The notes beneath the pieces are model-generated. The model saw nothing but the letters and a program-made list of their open reading frames with translations. It was not told the origin of the DNA and did no database searches. The position numbers were made by a program, and so were the translations under genes. Positions 43,730 through 53,442 of a stretch of DNA of 64,000 nt are shown one piece after another. Every line of letters begins with the position of its first letter. Positions within the stretch are counted from its first letter, which is position 1. Origin of the DNA: an uncultured Dehalococcoidia bacterium (GTDB taxonomy: Bacteria; Chloroflexota; Dehalococcoidia; Lucifugimonadales; Australimonadaceae); the NCBI GenBank assembly GCA_958295525.1, contig OY282355.1, positions 1,784,394 through 1,848,393 on the forward strand. The letters run 5' to 3'.

Positions 43730-46651
43730 ATGGCCACCGGCGAACGTGAAATCAACATAGCCCTCGCGGAGACGCTCGACGCCCTCCGCGCCAACTGGCG
43801 CGTCGGCGGCGAGCAAATCGGACGACTCCAAGGCTCGAGCGGTCAGCCCGACATCCTCGTGACTGCGCATGGCTCCGCGCCCGTCGTCATCGAGACGGAG
43901 GTCATCCCCGCCGCGACGGTCGAACGCGACGCCCGCGCACGGCTCGGCGCCGTGCTCACCGATGACTCCTGCGTCTCCGCCGCCATCGCCGTCCGCGTCC
44001 CCTTGCGCTTCCGCGACCTCGAGGGCGAAGCCCTCCGCAGCGCCCTCCGCCGAACCGACGCCGGTCTCGAGTACGCCCTCCTCGCAGGAGTGTCCGACGC
44101 GCAGTACGACCGCTTCCCCGACGCCGGATGGCTCGCCGGCGGCGCGAGCGACCTCGCCCGCCTCGCCTACCAGGCAAGCGTTCCGCTGCACGCCATTGAA
44201 ACCGCCGCCCAACGCCTCGAGCAGGGGGTGACCGCCGCCGCCGAACGGCTGACCGAAACCATACGGCTCCGCCCCAATGTAGGCCCATGGATCGCCGATC
44301 GCCTTCACCAGGAGGACGGACTGCAGACGCGCCGCATGGCGATGACTATCGTCACAAACGCGCTCGTCTTTCACGCGAATCTCGCGGGCTCCCACGACAT
44401 CGCCCATCTCGACGCTTTGCGAAACCCTAGCGGGCGGTTCTCGAAAATGGCCGTTCTCGACGAGTGGCGCAAAATACTCAATGTCAACTACTACCCCATA
44501 TTCGACGTCGCCCATCAAGTCGTGGAGCAAATGCCCGAGGGGCTAGCGTCCGACGTGCTCGGATTGCTCTCGGCTACCGCGGCGGAACTGATAGACGAAG
44601 GCGTAAGCCGCTCGCACGACCTCTCCGGCGTCGTCTTTCAGCGCCTCATCGCCGACCGGAAGTTCCTCGCCACCTTCTACACTATGCCGTCCGCCGCCGC
44701 CCTCCTCGCCGCGCTCGCCCTTCCCGACCGCAGCGGCGAGGCGGACTACGGCCAGTTCAAGATCGCAGATTTCTCCTGCGGCACCGGCACGCTCCTCTCC
44801 GCCGGATACCGCCGGCTCGTGGCGCTCCGCGAATCGCGCGGCGGCAACGGGGAAGCCCTCCACTCCCGCGCAATGGAGGAGGAAATCGTCGGCGCGGACA
44901 TTATGCCGATGTCCGTTCACCTCACGACCTCTATGCTCGCCTCCGCCTACCCCACGAAGCAATTCGCCAGCACGCGAATCTACACGCTTCCCTACGGCAG
45001 GCACGGAGAAAGCGACTACGCGCTGGGGTCGCTCGACTTCCTCTCTGCGGACGCCCAAATTCAGCCCTTGTTCCGCACGAGCGCGCCTGTCCGAATGACC
45101 GGCAAGGGCGAGGAGCCTATCGCGGAGAAACTTGACCTCAGGTCCGGCGGTTTCGACCTGGTGATTATGAATCCCCCATTCACGCGCCCCACCAATCACG
45201 CCGGCAAGCGTAAGAATATTCCCAATCCGGCGTTCGCGGGAATGGGAACGGACAAAGAGGCGCAACGGGAGATGGCCGCGCTCGCTAAATCGCTGGGGCG
45301 CGACACCTGCGCCAGCGGCAATGCCGGAACCGCCTCCCACTTCATCGCGCTCGCCGACAAGATGGCTGACGATGCGGGAGCCGTCGCGATGGTGCTTCCC
45401 CTCGCCTTCCTGCAAGGTCACAGTTGGCAAAAAGCTCGCGACCTGTTCCGCGACAAGTACTGCGACGTTATCGTCGTTTCCATCGCGGGAGCGAAGAGCA
45501 TCGACAAGTCCTTCTCCGCCGAGACGAATATGGGCGAAATCCTGATCGTCGCCCGGAAGCGAGGCGATCACGCCACAGGCGAGCGCGGGCTCTTCGTCAA
45601 CCTCGTGCGCCGCCCCAAAAATCCGATGGAAGGCGAGGAGATCGGCGAGCAAATCCTCCGCATGATCGCGTCGGGCGGCATCCGTACTCTGGAGGTCGGT
45701 CCCGTCGGCGGCTCAGTCATCTTCGTCGGGCAGGAGCAGGTGGACGAAGTATTGGACTGCCCCCTCCATAAGGGAGGCCAGTGGCCTACTGCGGGCATCA
45801 TCGATCTTGGACTCGCCCAAACCGCCCACCAGTTGACCCTCGGACGCCTCTGGCCGCCGGGACTCTTCGAATCCGACGCATTCCCGTTGCCCATAACCCT
45901 CCTCAAAAACATCGGCAGACTGGGATTCCTCGACCGCGACATTAACGAGGGCGGAGGACGCGGGGCGTTCGATATTCTCAGATCGCATCCAACATCCGCC
46001 GCTTACCCTACGCTCTGGGGACACGAATCAGAGCACGAACGGACAATGCTGGTCAAGCCGGATTCGGACGCCCGAATCAGAGAAGGGAAAGAGCAGCGCG
46101 CGAAGGCGATATGGGAAACCGCGACGCGGCTTCATCACAACAGGGATTTCGGCTTCAATGTCAACGCTCTGGCCGTGGCGTTCACCGAACGCCCCGCGCT
46201 GGGCGGACGCGCCTGGCCGAACATCATCCTCAACCGGCGCGACCGTGAATTGGCGCACGCGCTTTGGGCCAACTCCACGCTCGGATGCTTCCTCTACTGG
46301 TGGCATTCCTCCAAGCAGCAATCGGGGCGCGGCATTATGCCGCGCAAGCAGGCCGCCTCGATGCCGACCCTCGACGTTGACGCGCTCACCAACGCCCAAA
46401 TCGCGCAGGCGGACGCCATCTTTGAAGACCTGAAGGCGAGGCCGATGCGCCCGCTCCACGAAGCCCCGGAGGACGAAGTCCGCAAGGAACTGGACCGCCG
46501 CCTGCTTGTGGACGCGCTCGGAATGCCCCCCGAGTTGATGCCCAGCCTCGACCTGCTGCGCCAGAAACTCTGCCTCGAGCCATCCGTCCACGGCGGCAAG
46601 AAATCGAAGGCCGCCGCGCCTCCGCCTCAAACCGGAATGCGGTTCCCGTAA
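43730..46651 (+). CDS. Large single-chain N6-adenine DNA methyltransferase fusion (candidate type IIG/IIL-like: N-terminal nuclease-like region + gamma-class MTase + TRD-like C-terminus)
   Basis: RKFLATFYTMPSAAALLA (FYTP-like), IADFSCGTGTLL (motif I), VIMNPPFTRP (motif IV NPPF), C-terminal LWANSTLGCFLYWW (TRD-style LNS motif) and N-terminal QPDILV..VVIETEV. 973 aa from the ATG at 43730. Confidence 0.7.
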   Translation: MATGEREINIALAETLDALRANWRVGGEQIGRLQGSSGQPDILVTAHGSAPVVIETEVIPAATVERDARARLGAVLTDDSCVSAAIAVRVPLRFRDLEGEALRSALRRTDAGLEYALLAGVSDAQYDRFPDAGWLAGGASDLARLAYQASVPLHAIETAAQRLEQGVTAAAERLTETIRLRPNVGPWIADRLHQEDGLQTRRMAMTIVTNALVFHANLAGSHDIAHLDALRNPSGRFSKMAVLDEWRKILNVNYYPIFDVAHQVVEQMPEGLASDVLGLLSATAAELIDEGVSRSHDLSGVVFQRLIADRKFLATFYTMPSAAALLAALALPDRSGEADYGQFKIADFSCGTGTLLSAGYRRLVALRESRGGNGEALHSRAMEEEIVGADIMPMSVHLTTSMLASAYPTKQFASTRIYTLPYGRHGESDYALGSLDFLSADAQIQPLFRTSAPVRMTGKGEEPIAEKLDLRSGGFDLVIMNPPFTRPTNHAGKRKNIPNPAFAGMGTDKEAQREMAALAKSLGRDTCASGNAGTASHFIALADKMADDAGAVAMVLPLAFLQGHSWQKARDLFRDKYCDVIVVSIAGAKSIDKSFSAETNMGEILIVARKRGDHATGERGLFVNLVRRPKNPMEGEEIGEQILRMIASGGIRTLEVGPVGGSVIFVGQEQVDEVLDCPLHKGGQWPTAGIIDLGLAQTAHQLTLGRLWPPGLFESDAFPLPITLLKNIGRLGFLDRDINEGGGRGAFDILRSHPTSAAYPTLWGHESEHERTMLVKPDSDARIREGKEQRAKAIWETATRLHHNRDFGFNVNALAVAFTERPALGGRAWPNIILNRRDRELAHALWANSTLGCFLYWWHSSKQQSGRGIMPRKQAASMPTLDVDALTNAQIAQADAIFEDLKARPMRPLHEAPEDEVRKELDRRLLVDALGMPPELMPSLDLLRQKLCLEPSVHGGKKSKAAAPPPQTGMRFP

Positions 46652-46654
46652 CCG

Positions 46655-46771
46655 ATGCGCCTTCTCCACATCGCAGACATCCACGTCGGCGTCGAACCTG
46701 CGGACGCCCCGCGTCCGACCTATGAGCATAGGCGCGCGTCTGAATTACGCAAATCTCCGAAGGAGGAGCGA
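46655..46771 (+). pseudogene. Probable 5-prime stub of a calcineurin-like metallophosphoesterase (SbcD/Mre11-type) fused in frame upstream of tmk
   Basis: MRLLHIADIHVGV is phosphoesterase motif I. Similarity ends within ~25 codons. tmk has its own GAAGGAGGAG RBS and GTG at 46772. Confidence 0.35.
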
Positions 46772-47443
46772 GTGAGCGGGCTGTTCATCACGTTCGAAGG
46801 CGGCGAAGGCGCAGGCAAAACGACGCAGGCGCGCCTCCTCGCGGAGCGGCTCGCCGCCGAGGGGCGGCGCGTCGTCTCTGTGCACGAGCCCGGCGGGACG
46901 CCTCTGGGCGAATACATCCGCGGGTGGGTGAAATCGCAGAGCGCGCCGCTGACGCCGGAAGCGGAGTTGCTGCTGTTCGCGGCGGCGCGGGCGGAACTCG
47001 TGCAGCGCGTCATCCGCCCCGCGCTCGCGGAGGGCGCCGTCGTCATCGCCGACCGCTACGCCGATTCGACGACGGTCTACCAGGGCTGCGCGCGCGGCCT
47101 GCCCGCCGACCGAGTGCAGGCGGCGAACGACGCGGCGACGGACGGCGTGTCGCCCGATCTGACGTTCCTGCTGGACGCGCCCCCCGACGCGGGAATGCGC
47201 CGCGTCCGCATCCAAACGTCGTTCGACGAGGCGGGGCAGGTCGAGCCGATTCCGCGCGCCGAGGAGTCGGGCAAGCGCCGCTTCGAGGAGTTGGGGTTGG
47301 CGTTCCACCGCAAAGTGCGCGAGGGCTACCTCGCCCTGGCGCAAGCCAACCCCAACCGCTGGGTCGCGCTCGACGCGACGCAGCCGTTAGAAGTCGTGCA
47401 AGCGCAGGTGTGGGAGCGGGCGGCGGCGGGCGGAAGCGCTTAG
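46772..47443 (+). CDS. tmk: Thymidylate kinase
   Basis: GLFITFEGGEGAGKTTQ P-loop and the DRYADST motif. A strong RBS lies upstream of the GTG. Confidence 0.9.
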   Translation: MSGLFITFEGGEGAGKTTQARLLAERLAAEGRRVVSVHEPGGTPLGEYIRGWVKSQSAPLTPEAELLLFAAARAELVQRVIRPALAEGAVVIADRYADSTTVYQGCARGLPADRVQAANDAATDGVSPDLTFLLDAPPDAGMRRVRIQTSFDEAGQVEPIPRAEESGKRRFEELGLAFHRKVREGYLALAQANPNRWVALDATQPLEVVQAQVWERAAAGGSA

Positions 47444-47572
47444 GGTTGCCCGGTCTCGCCGGCGTATTGACGAGTCCGTGACCCTTCGGCAGCGAGGCGG
47501 GCCGTTATCTTTCCGTAATTCGTTGGCCTATCCGGCTCACAAGGCGGGGCGCGGCGCGGTATCTTCCAATGT

Positions 47573-50500
47573 ATGAAGTCACGCATAGCCTCGCTCCTGT
47601 TCAACCAGGTCGGCGTCCTGCTCGGCCTCATCCTGCTTGCGCTCACGGCCTACGTCGTCATCGGCAGGCCCGCGTGGGCCGTGGATCCCCTCCGCTCCGC
47701 CGCGTCCGGCGCGCTGAGCGGAACCGGCGTGTCCCTCATCCTGCTTCTCGCTTGGGCGGGCTGGGCCGGATGGCTCCTCTCGCGGGGCGCCCGCAAGTTC
47801 TTCCGCAAGTGGCGCTACGTGCTCGGCTTCGGCCTGCTCGCGCTCGGCGCATCCTCCGTTCTCTCCTACTTCAGCGTGGGGTTCCCGCTCATCGGCGAGT
47901 CGCCGCTGGGCGGCGCGTTCGGCGAGCGCGTCCGCGGCTCCGACGGCGCGCTTGGAGCGCTGGGCACAATCGTCCTCCTGACGTTCGGCGCCTGGCTCGT
48001 CGCCCCCGTGGCGTTCAATCATCTCGCCTTGGGCGCGGGACGCGGCGCGGCTGCCGCCGGACGCGGCGCGCGCGCCGCAGGGCGCGGATCGAGAGTCGCA
48101 GGAAGCGCCGTCGGCAGCGGCATTAGCAGCGGCATCGGCAATATGCGCCGCCCTCAGACGGTGAGCGAGGAACTCGACGATTTCTTCGCCGCCAACGCAT
48201 CCGCGCCTCCTTCCGCAGGCAAACGCAGCCTCGGCGCGGAGTACCACGACATGGCCGCGCGCGCGACCGACCCCTACGCGGGCAGGCAGACGCCGGACAG
48301 CACGCCCTCTTCCCCATCGCCTTCCGGCCTGGCCTACATTGCTCCCGGCGCGCAGCGAACCGCCGCGCCCCCCCGCTACGCCCCGCCGCCGCCCTCCGCA
48401 ACCCGTTCCGCCCCGCCGTCCGCAACCCGCCCCGCCGCCGCTCCCGCCCCGCCCCGGAACGAGAAACCCAACTTCTGGCCCGGCCTCGGCGCCGACGAGG
48501 ATGACCCCGAAGGCGCGGAGCCCGAAGCGATAGGCGGCGCGGCGACCGCCGTCTTGGAGCGCGAGTCCTACGAGGATTCCCCTCCGGCTGAACCCTTCGC
48601 CGAGGATGTCCGTCCCGGCGCGCAACCCCTCGACCCCGTCATCGAAGAGGCCGTCGCCGCCGCCTTGATCGACCCTGAGGCGGACGCCGCGCCCTACGAA
48701 GACGCGCCTGCGGAGAACGGCGTCCACGCTCCCGAAACGGTTGGCGAAACAACGGAGAACGGCGTCTACGCTCCTGAAACGGTTGGGAGAGCGGCGGGAA
48801 ACGGCGTCTACGCCCCCGACCCGGAGGCGGACACCGCGCCCTACGAAGACGCGCCCGCCGGGAACGGTCTCTATAGGCCCGAACCGGTTGGCGGGCATCC
48901 TGAGAACGGCTTCCACCAGGATGAGCCGCTCGTTAAGGAGACGGTCGCGTTTCCTCTCGACGGCGAGAGAGAGAACGGCGCAGCCCCTGCCGCCGCCTAT
49001 GAGCGGACGCCGTGGACGCGCCTTGAGGATGATGAGGACGCCGCCGCGCCCGGGCCTGCGCCTTTCCCCCTTCCTCCGCTCGCCTCCCTCGCCCCGGGAG
49101 TGGCCGCGTCCGCGATTTCGCAGGAGCATCTGGAGACCGCCGCCCTCATCGAGGAGACGCTCGCGGAGCACGGCGTGGAGGTCAGCGTTTCGGAAATTCG
49201 CCCCGGCCCCAGCGTCACGATGTTCGGCCTCGTTCCCGGATGGAACCGCAAGGCGATGTCCGCCCGCGCCCGCGCGCTCGCCATTCAGGAGGAGCGCGAA
49301 GTCCAATCGGAAGTCCGCAACCGCGTCAAGGTGGACAGCATTCTGGCCCGGGAGAAAGACCTCGCGCTCGCGCTCGCCGCCCCCACGCTCCGCATCCAGG
49401 CTCCCGTCCCCGGCGAGCCGCTCGTCGGCGTCGAGATGCCGAACAAGTCTTCCACGATGGTCACCATCCGCACCGTGATGGAGTCGCCGGAATACGAGGG
49501 GATGCTCGCCGCCGGAGGGCTTCCCGTCGCGCTTGGCCTCGCCACTGCGGGCGACCCCGTCGTCATAGACCTCCTCAAAATGCCGCACCTCCTCATCGCG
49601 GGCGCGACGGGCTCCGGCAAGAGCGTCTGCATCAACACCATCATCTCCTCCATCATCTGCCACCAAGACCCCGCGAAAGTGCGGATGCTCCTCGTCGACC
49701 CCAAGCGCGTCGAACTCACCCCCTACAACGGCATCCCGCACCTCGTCACGCCGGTCGTCGTAGACCCCGACAAGGTCGTCCGCCTGCTGCGGGGCGCGAT
49801 TCAGGAAATGATGCGCCGCTACAAACTGCTCGAAGAGGCCGGCGCGCGCAACATCGCCTCCTATAACCGCAGCCCCCGCGCCGCCGAGCCGATGCCCTAC
49901 TTCGTCATCTGCATCGACGAACTCGCCGACCTGATGATGACCGCGTCCTTCGACGTCGAGCAGTCCCTCTGCCGCCTCGCGCAACTGGGCCGCGCCACCG
50001 GCATTCACCTCATCGTCGCCACGCAGCGGCCGTCGGTCGACGTGCTCACCGGCCTCATTAAGGCGAACTTCCCCAGCCGCATCGCTTTCGCCGTCGCCTC
50101 TCAGGTGGACTCGCGCACCATCCTCGACTCCGTCGGGGCGGAGCGCCTCATTGGGCGCGGCGATATGCTCTTCCTCTCGTCCGACTCGCCCAAGCCGCGC
50201 CGCGTGCAAGGCGTCTACATATCGGAGGACGAGACCGCCGCGCTCAGCGAGCACTGGCGGCACCTGCCCGTCGGCGACCTTCCCGCCGTCCCCCTCGAAG
50301 AGATGGCCCGCGAGGTGGAGACCGCCGAAGCCGCCGCCGAAGGCCCCGACCTCGACGAAGCCGACTCGCTCTACGACCGCGCCCTTCAACTCGCGGCGAC
50401 CAACCGCCAGTTGTCCACTTCCCTCTTGCAGCGGCGGCTCCGCATCGGCTACCCCCGCGCCGCCCGCCTAATGGACCAGTTGGAGGACGACGGCGTCGTC

Positions 50501-50596
50501 GCATCGTCGGGCGAGCCCGGCAAGCCTCGCGAGGTCATCGCCGTGCCCGGCGAGCCCTCCTTCCGGGAAGCCGCCCTGGTTTCCGACGACGAATAG
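47573..50596 (+). CDS. ftsK: DNA translocase FtsK/SpoIIIE
   Basis: N-terminal TM segments and a long Pro/Ala/Glu-rich linker. Motor domain has HLLIAGATGSGKSVCIN and FVICIDELADL. The C-terminal winged-helix gamma domain has LLQRRLRIGYPRAARLMDQLE. Confidence 0.9.
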   Translation: MKSRIASLLFNQVGVLLGLILLALTAYVVIGRPAWAVDPLRSAASGALSGTGVSLILLLAWAGWAGWLLSRGARKFFRKWRYVLGFGLLALGASSVLSYFSVGFPLIGESPLGGAFGERVRGSDGALGALGTIVLLTFGAWLVAPVAFNHLALGAGRGAAAAGRGARAAGRGSRVAGSAVGSGISSGIGNMRRPQTVSEELDDFFAANASAPPSAGKRSLGAEYHDMAARATDPYAGRQTPDSTPSSPSPSGLAYIAPGAQRTAAPPRYAPPPPSATRSAPPSATRPAAAPAPPRNEKPNFWPGLGADEDDPEGAEPEAIGGAATAVLERESYEDSPPAEPFAEDVRPGAQPLDPVIEEAVAAALIDPEADAAPYEDAPAENGVHAPETVGETTENGVYAPETVGRAAGNGVYAPDPEADTAPYEDAPAGNGLYRPEPVGGHPENGFHQDEPLVKETVAFPLDGERENGAAPAAAYERTPWTRLEDDEDAAAPGPAPFPLPPLASLAPGVAASAISQEHLETAALIEETLAEHGVEVSVSEIRPGPSVTMFGLVPGWNRKAMSARARALAIQEEREVQSEVRNRVKVDSILAREKDLALALAAPTLRIQAPVPGEPLVGVEMPNKSSTMVTIRTVMESPEYEGMLAAGGLPVALGLATAGDPVVIDLLKMPHLLIAGATGSGKSVCINTIISSIICHQDPAKVRMLLVDPKRVELTPYNGIPHLVTPVVVDPDKVVRLLRGAIQEMMRRYKLLEEAGARNIASYNRSPRAAEPMPYFVICIDELADLMMTASFDVEQSLCRLAQLGRATGIHLIVATQRPSVDVLTGLIKANFPSRIAFAVASQVDSRTILDSVGAERLIGRGDMLFLSSDSPKPRRVQGVYISEDETAALSEHWRHLPVGDLPAVPLEEMAREVETAEAAAEGPDLDEADSLYDRALQLAATNRQLSTSLLQRRLRIGYPRAARLMDQLEDDGVVASSGEPGKPREVIAVPGEPSFREAALVSDDE

Positions 50597-50715
50597 GGCC
50601 GACGCGGCGCCTGTTCCATGCGTTCGCAGGACAAGCGGTCCGATCCTTGACTCCGCGCTATGCGGTCAAGTCTGGCGGACAAGCATCGCGCCTCCGGCGC
50701 GCGGAGCGGAGCCGC

Positions 50716-50791
50716 TGGTGGGCGAAGCAGGAATCGAACCTGCGGCCTCCTGTGTGTAAGACAGGCGCTCTCACTGCTGAGCTATTCGCCC
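50716..50791 (-). tRNA. tRNA-Val (anticodon UAC)
   Basis: Manual fold: GGGCGAA acceptor / TTCGCCC-A-CCA, D stem GCTC/GAGC, anticodon stem CCTGT/ACAGG with loop CTTACAC, T arm GCAGG-TTCGATT-CCTGC. CCA is encoded. Confidence 0.9.
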
Positions 50792-50873
50792 TGCGGCGCC
50801 TGAGTCTATCACCGCCGGGCGTTCGGGCGTGATAGCCTGCGCACGCCGTCTCGCTTGGAGTCTCCCGCCGCCT

Positions 50874-52103
50874 ATGTCGCGCAAATTCTGGAGCGCCGCG
50901 CTCCTTATCTACGCTCCTTCTCTGCTAATGATGAGCGGGCAGGGGATGATCATTCCCGCCCTGATCATTCTCGGGGAGACTTACGGCGTGTCGGGGGCGC
51001 TTGCGGCGCAGGTGATCACGGCGCAGCAGGTCGGGAAGTTCGCCGGTTTCATCCCGACGGGCGCGATAGTTGACCGCTGGGGCTCCAAGCCGCCGATGGC
51101 GGCGGGCGCGCTGATCGCCTCGCTATGCCTTTTCGGGTCCGCCTACGCTCCGTCGTTCGCGCTGCTTCTTCTGCTGCAGTTCGTTTGGGGATTCGGTCAG
51201 AATATGTGGATGTTCGGGCGCGAGACCGCGGCGGCGGAGATGGCGCCCGCGGAGCAGCGCGGCCGGGCGCTGAGCGCGCTGATGGGCATAAGCGGCGCGG
51301 GAATGGCGTTCGGCCCGGCCATCGGAGGCTTCCTCACGGAGCCCATCGGCGTGCGCGGACTCTTCCTCCTATACGGCGCGGCGAGCGCGGTCGTCCTGCT
51401 GCTCGCGCTGCTGCACCGGAGCGCCGACGTGGAGCGTCCGAAGAGCAGCCGCCCGATGTTCGATCCGACCGCGTTCAAAGAAATTCATCCCTATTACCGG
51501 CTCACGTACTTCATTCTTTTCATCGCCACGTTCGGCGTTCTGGCGCGGACGCAAGTCACCAACACGATGCTGCCGCTCTTCACGCAGGATCAGTTGGGCT
51601 ACTCGCCCGTGGAGACCGGCCTGCTGTTCGCCGTTCTGGGCGGGGCCACGTTCGCGGTCGTGCTGCCTGCGGGGTTCGTCTCCGACAAATTGGGGCGCAA
51701 GTGGGTGGCCGCGCCGTCCGCGCTCATCGCGGGAGCGGCGTTCCTCGTTCTGCCGTTCGCGGAGAACGTGGTCGCGCTTGGCGCGACGCTCGTTTTCATG
51801 GGGTTCGCAAACGGCATGGCGATGGGCTCGATGACGACGTACACGTTCGACATCGTGCCCGTGCATTTGCGAGGGCGGTTACAGGCGCTGCGCCGGTCGT
51901 TCGGCGAGACCGGGGGGATAGCGGGGCCGCTCGCAGCGGGAGCGGTGGCGAGCGCGGCGAGCCCGTCGGCGGCGTTCCTTGTGTTCGCGCCGCTGCTGCT
52001 GAGCGCGGGGCTCGCGCTCGTGTTCGCGGCGCGGGAGGGGCTGCCCGCCAAGCGAGCTCCGGGCGCGCCGCAGGCGGGGGTGGAGCGCATGGTCGTCCGA
52101 TAG
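50874..52103 (+). CDS. MFS transporter
   Basis: 12-TM pattern with the DRWGSKPPM loop motif. Paralog of the next gene. Confidence 0.8.
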   Translation: MSRKFWSAALLIYAPSLLMMSGQGMIIPALIILGETYGVSGALAAQVITAQQVGKFAGFIPTGAIVDRWGSKPPMAAGALIASLCLFGSAYAPSFALLLLLQFVWGFGQNMWMFGRETAAAEMAPAEQRGRALSALMGISGAGMAFGPAIGGFLTEPIGVRGLFLLYGAASAVVLLLALLHRSADVERPKSSRPMFDPTAFKEIHPYYRLTYFILFIATFGVLARTQVTNTMLPLFTQDQLGYSPVETGLLFAVLGGATFAVVLPAGFVSDKLGRKWVAAPSALIAGAAFLVLPFAENVVALGATLVFMGFANGMAMGSMTTYTFDIVPVHLRGRLQALRRSFGETGGIAGPLAAGAVASAASPSAAFLVFAPLLLSAGLALVFAAREGLPAKRAPGAPQAGVERMVVR

Positions 52104-52158
52104 CCTGCTACTATGCGGGGGCGGCTGCCCGCAGCCCCGCCGGAACGGAGACCCGCCC

Positions 52159-53406
52159 TTGCGCGCTCGAACGCCGCCGCTCGCGTCAGCGGCGCTCTTT
52201 ATCTATCTGCCTTCGATGCTGATGAGCCTGGGACAGGGAATGATCATTCCCGCGCTCCCCGACCTCGCTCAGGCGTTCAGCGTGTCGGAGGCGCTCGCCG
52301 TGCAGGCGGTCACGAGTCAGTTGGTCGGACGCACCGCCGCGATGCTGCCCTCGGGGGCGATCGTCGACCGGCTGGGCGCGAAGCCGCTGATGGTCGGCGG
52401 CGCATCGCTCGCGGCGTTGAGCGGGCTTGCGGCGGCGCTCGCGCCAAGTTTCGCGGTCATCATCGTCACGCAATTCGTTTGGGGCGTGGGGATGAGCGCG
52501 TGGATGTTCGGGCGGGAGATCGCGGCGTTCGATATGGTGCGGCGCGATCAGCGCGGGCGGCAGATGAGCGCGCTGATGGGCATCGGCAGCACGGGAATGG
52601 CGTTCGGCCCTGCGGTCGGCGGGCTGCTGACGGACTTGGCGGGCGTGCGGGGGCTGTTCATCGTCTACGCGGGAACGGCGGCGATCGTGCTGATCATCGC
52701 GCTCTTCCACAAGGAGACTTCGCGTCCGCAGGGGCAGCGCGAGAAGAGGCCGCTCTTCGACCTGCGCGCGGCGCGGGACGTGCATCCGTACTACCGGCTG
52801 ACCTACGCGATTCTGTTCTTCTCGACGTTCACGCAGTTCACGCGGGTGCAGGTGACGAACACGATGCTTCCGCTCTACACGCAGGGGGAGTTGGGGTACT
52901 CCGCGTCGCTCACGGGGGCGGTGTTCACCATCGCGGGGCTGGCGACGTTCGCAATGATCGCGCCGACGGGGTTCATCTCCGACAAGTTGGGGAGGAAGTG
53001 GGCGGCCGGGCCGGCCGCCGCGCTGTCGGTGGTCGCGTTCGTCGTGTTTCCGGTCGCGTCGAATTTCGCGCAACTCGCGGCGGCGGCGGTCGTGGTCGGC
53101 GTGGCGAACGGCCTGGCGCTGGGCGCGATGACGATTTACACCTACGACATTGCGCCGACGCGCGCGCGGGGGCAACTGCAGGCGCTGCGGCGCGCCGTTG
53201 GGGAGTTGGGAGCGCTCACGTCCCCGCCGCTGGCCGCGCTGGCCGCGAGCGCGCACTCGCCGGGGGCGGCGTTCTGGCTCTTCGCGCCGCTGCACGCAAT
53301 CTCGGCGCTGCTCATCTTCGGCGTGGGGCGCGAGAGCCTGCAGGGCAAACGTCCGGCGGGCGCGCCTTCGACGCAGGAGATAGACGCGGGCGCCCCCCGT
53401 CCGTGA
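52159..53406 (+). CDS. MFS transporter (tandem paralog)
   Basis: Collinear with 50874..52103 (LMSLGQGMIIPAL, VDRLGAKPLM, ISDKLGRKW). TTG start is inferred. Confidence 0.8.
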   Translation: MRARTPPLASAALFIYLPSMLMSLGQGMIIPALPDLAQAFSVSEALAVQAVTSQLVGRTAAMLPSGAIVDRLGAKPLMVGGASLAALSGLAAALAPSFAVIIVTQFVWGVGMSAWMFGREIAAFDMVRRDQRGRQMSALMGIGSTGMAFGPAVGGLLTDLAGVRGLFIVYAGTAAIVLIIALFHKETSRPQGQREKRPLFDLRAARDVHPYYRLTYAILFFSTFTQFTRVQVTNTMLPLYTQGELGYSASLTGAVFTIAGLATFAMIAPTGFISDKLGRKWAAGPAAALSVVAFVVFPVASNFAQLAAAAVVVGVANGLALGAMTIYTYDIAPTRARGQLQALRRAVGELGALTSPPLAALAASAHSPGAAFWLFAPLHAISALLIFGVGRESLQGKRPAGAPSTQEIDAGAPRP

Positions 53407-53442
53407 GGGGCGCGCCCCCCCTGCGCAGGCGGAGGCGCGCCG

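Noticed and set aside
46655-47443. Using the ATG at 46655 as the true tmk start (262-aa Tmk)
   Set aside because: The canonical Tmk P-loop N-terminus begins at the GTG at 46772, which has a strong RBS. The upstream 39 codons resemble an unrelated phosphoesterase N-terminus and are better explained as a gene remnant.
47579-50389. 936-aa minus-strand ORF
   Set aside because: It is a complete antisense shadow of ftsK, Gly/Arg/Ala-rich with no motifs. The same reasoning applies to 7864-9888 (antisense to mutL), 10077-11903 (antisense to gatA), 29691-31763 (antisense to the Rieske and NucS-like genes), 41799-43721 (antisense to the ycf45-like ATPase) and 11392-13032.
53408-53419. GGGGCGCGCCCC 12-nt palindrome between convergent genes as a bidirectional terminator
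   Set aside because: There is no loop (a self-complementary block without a spacer) and no U-tract. This is too little evidence to call a feature.
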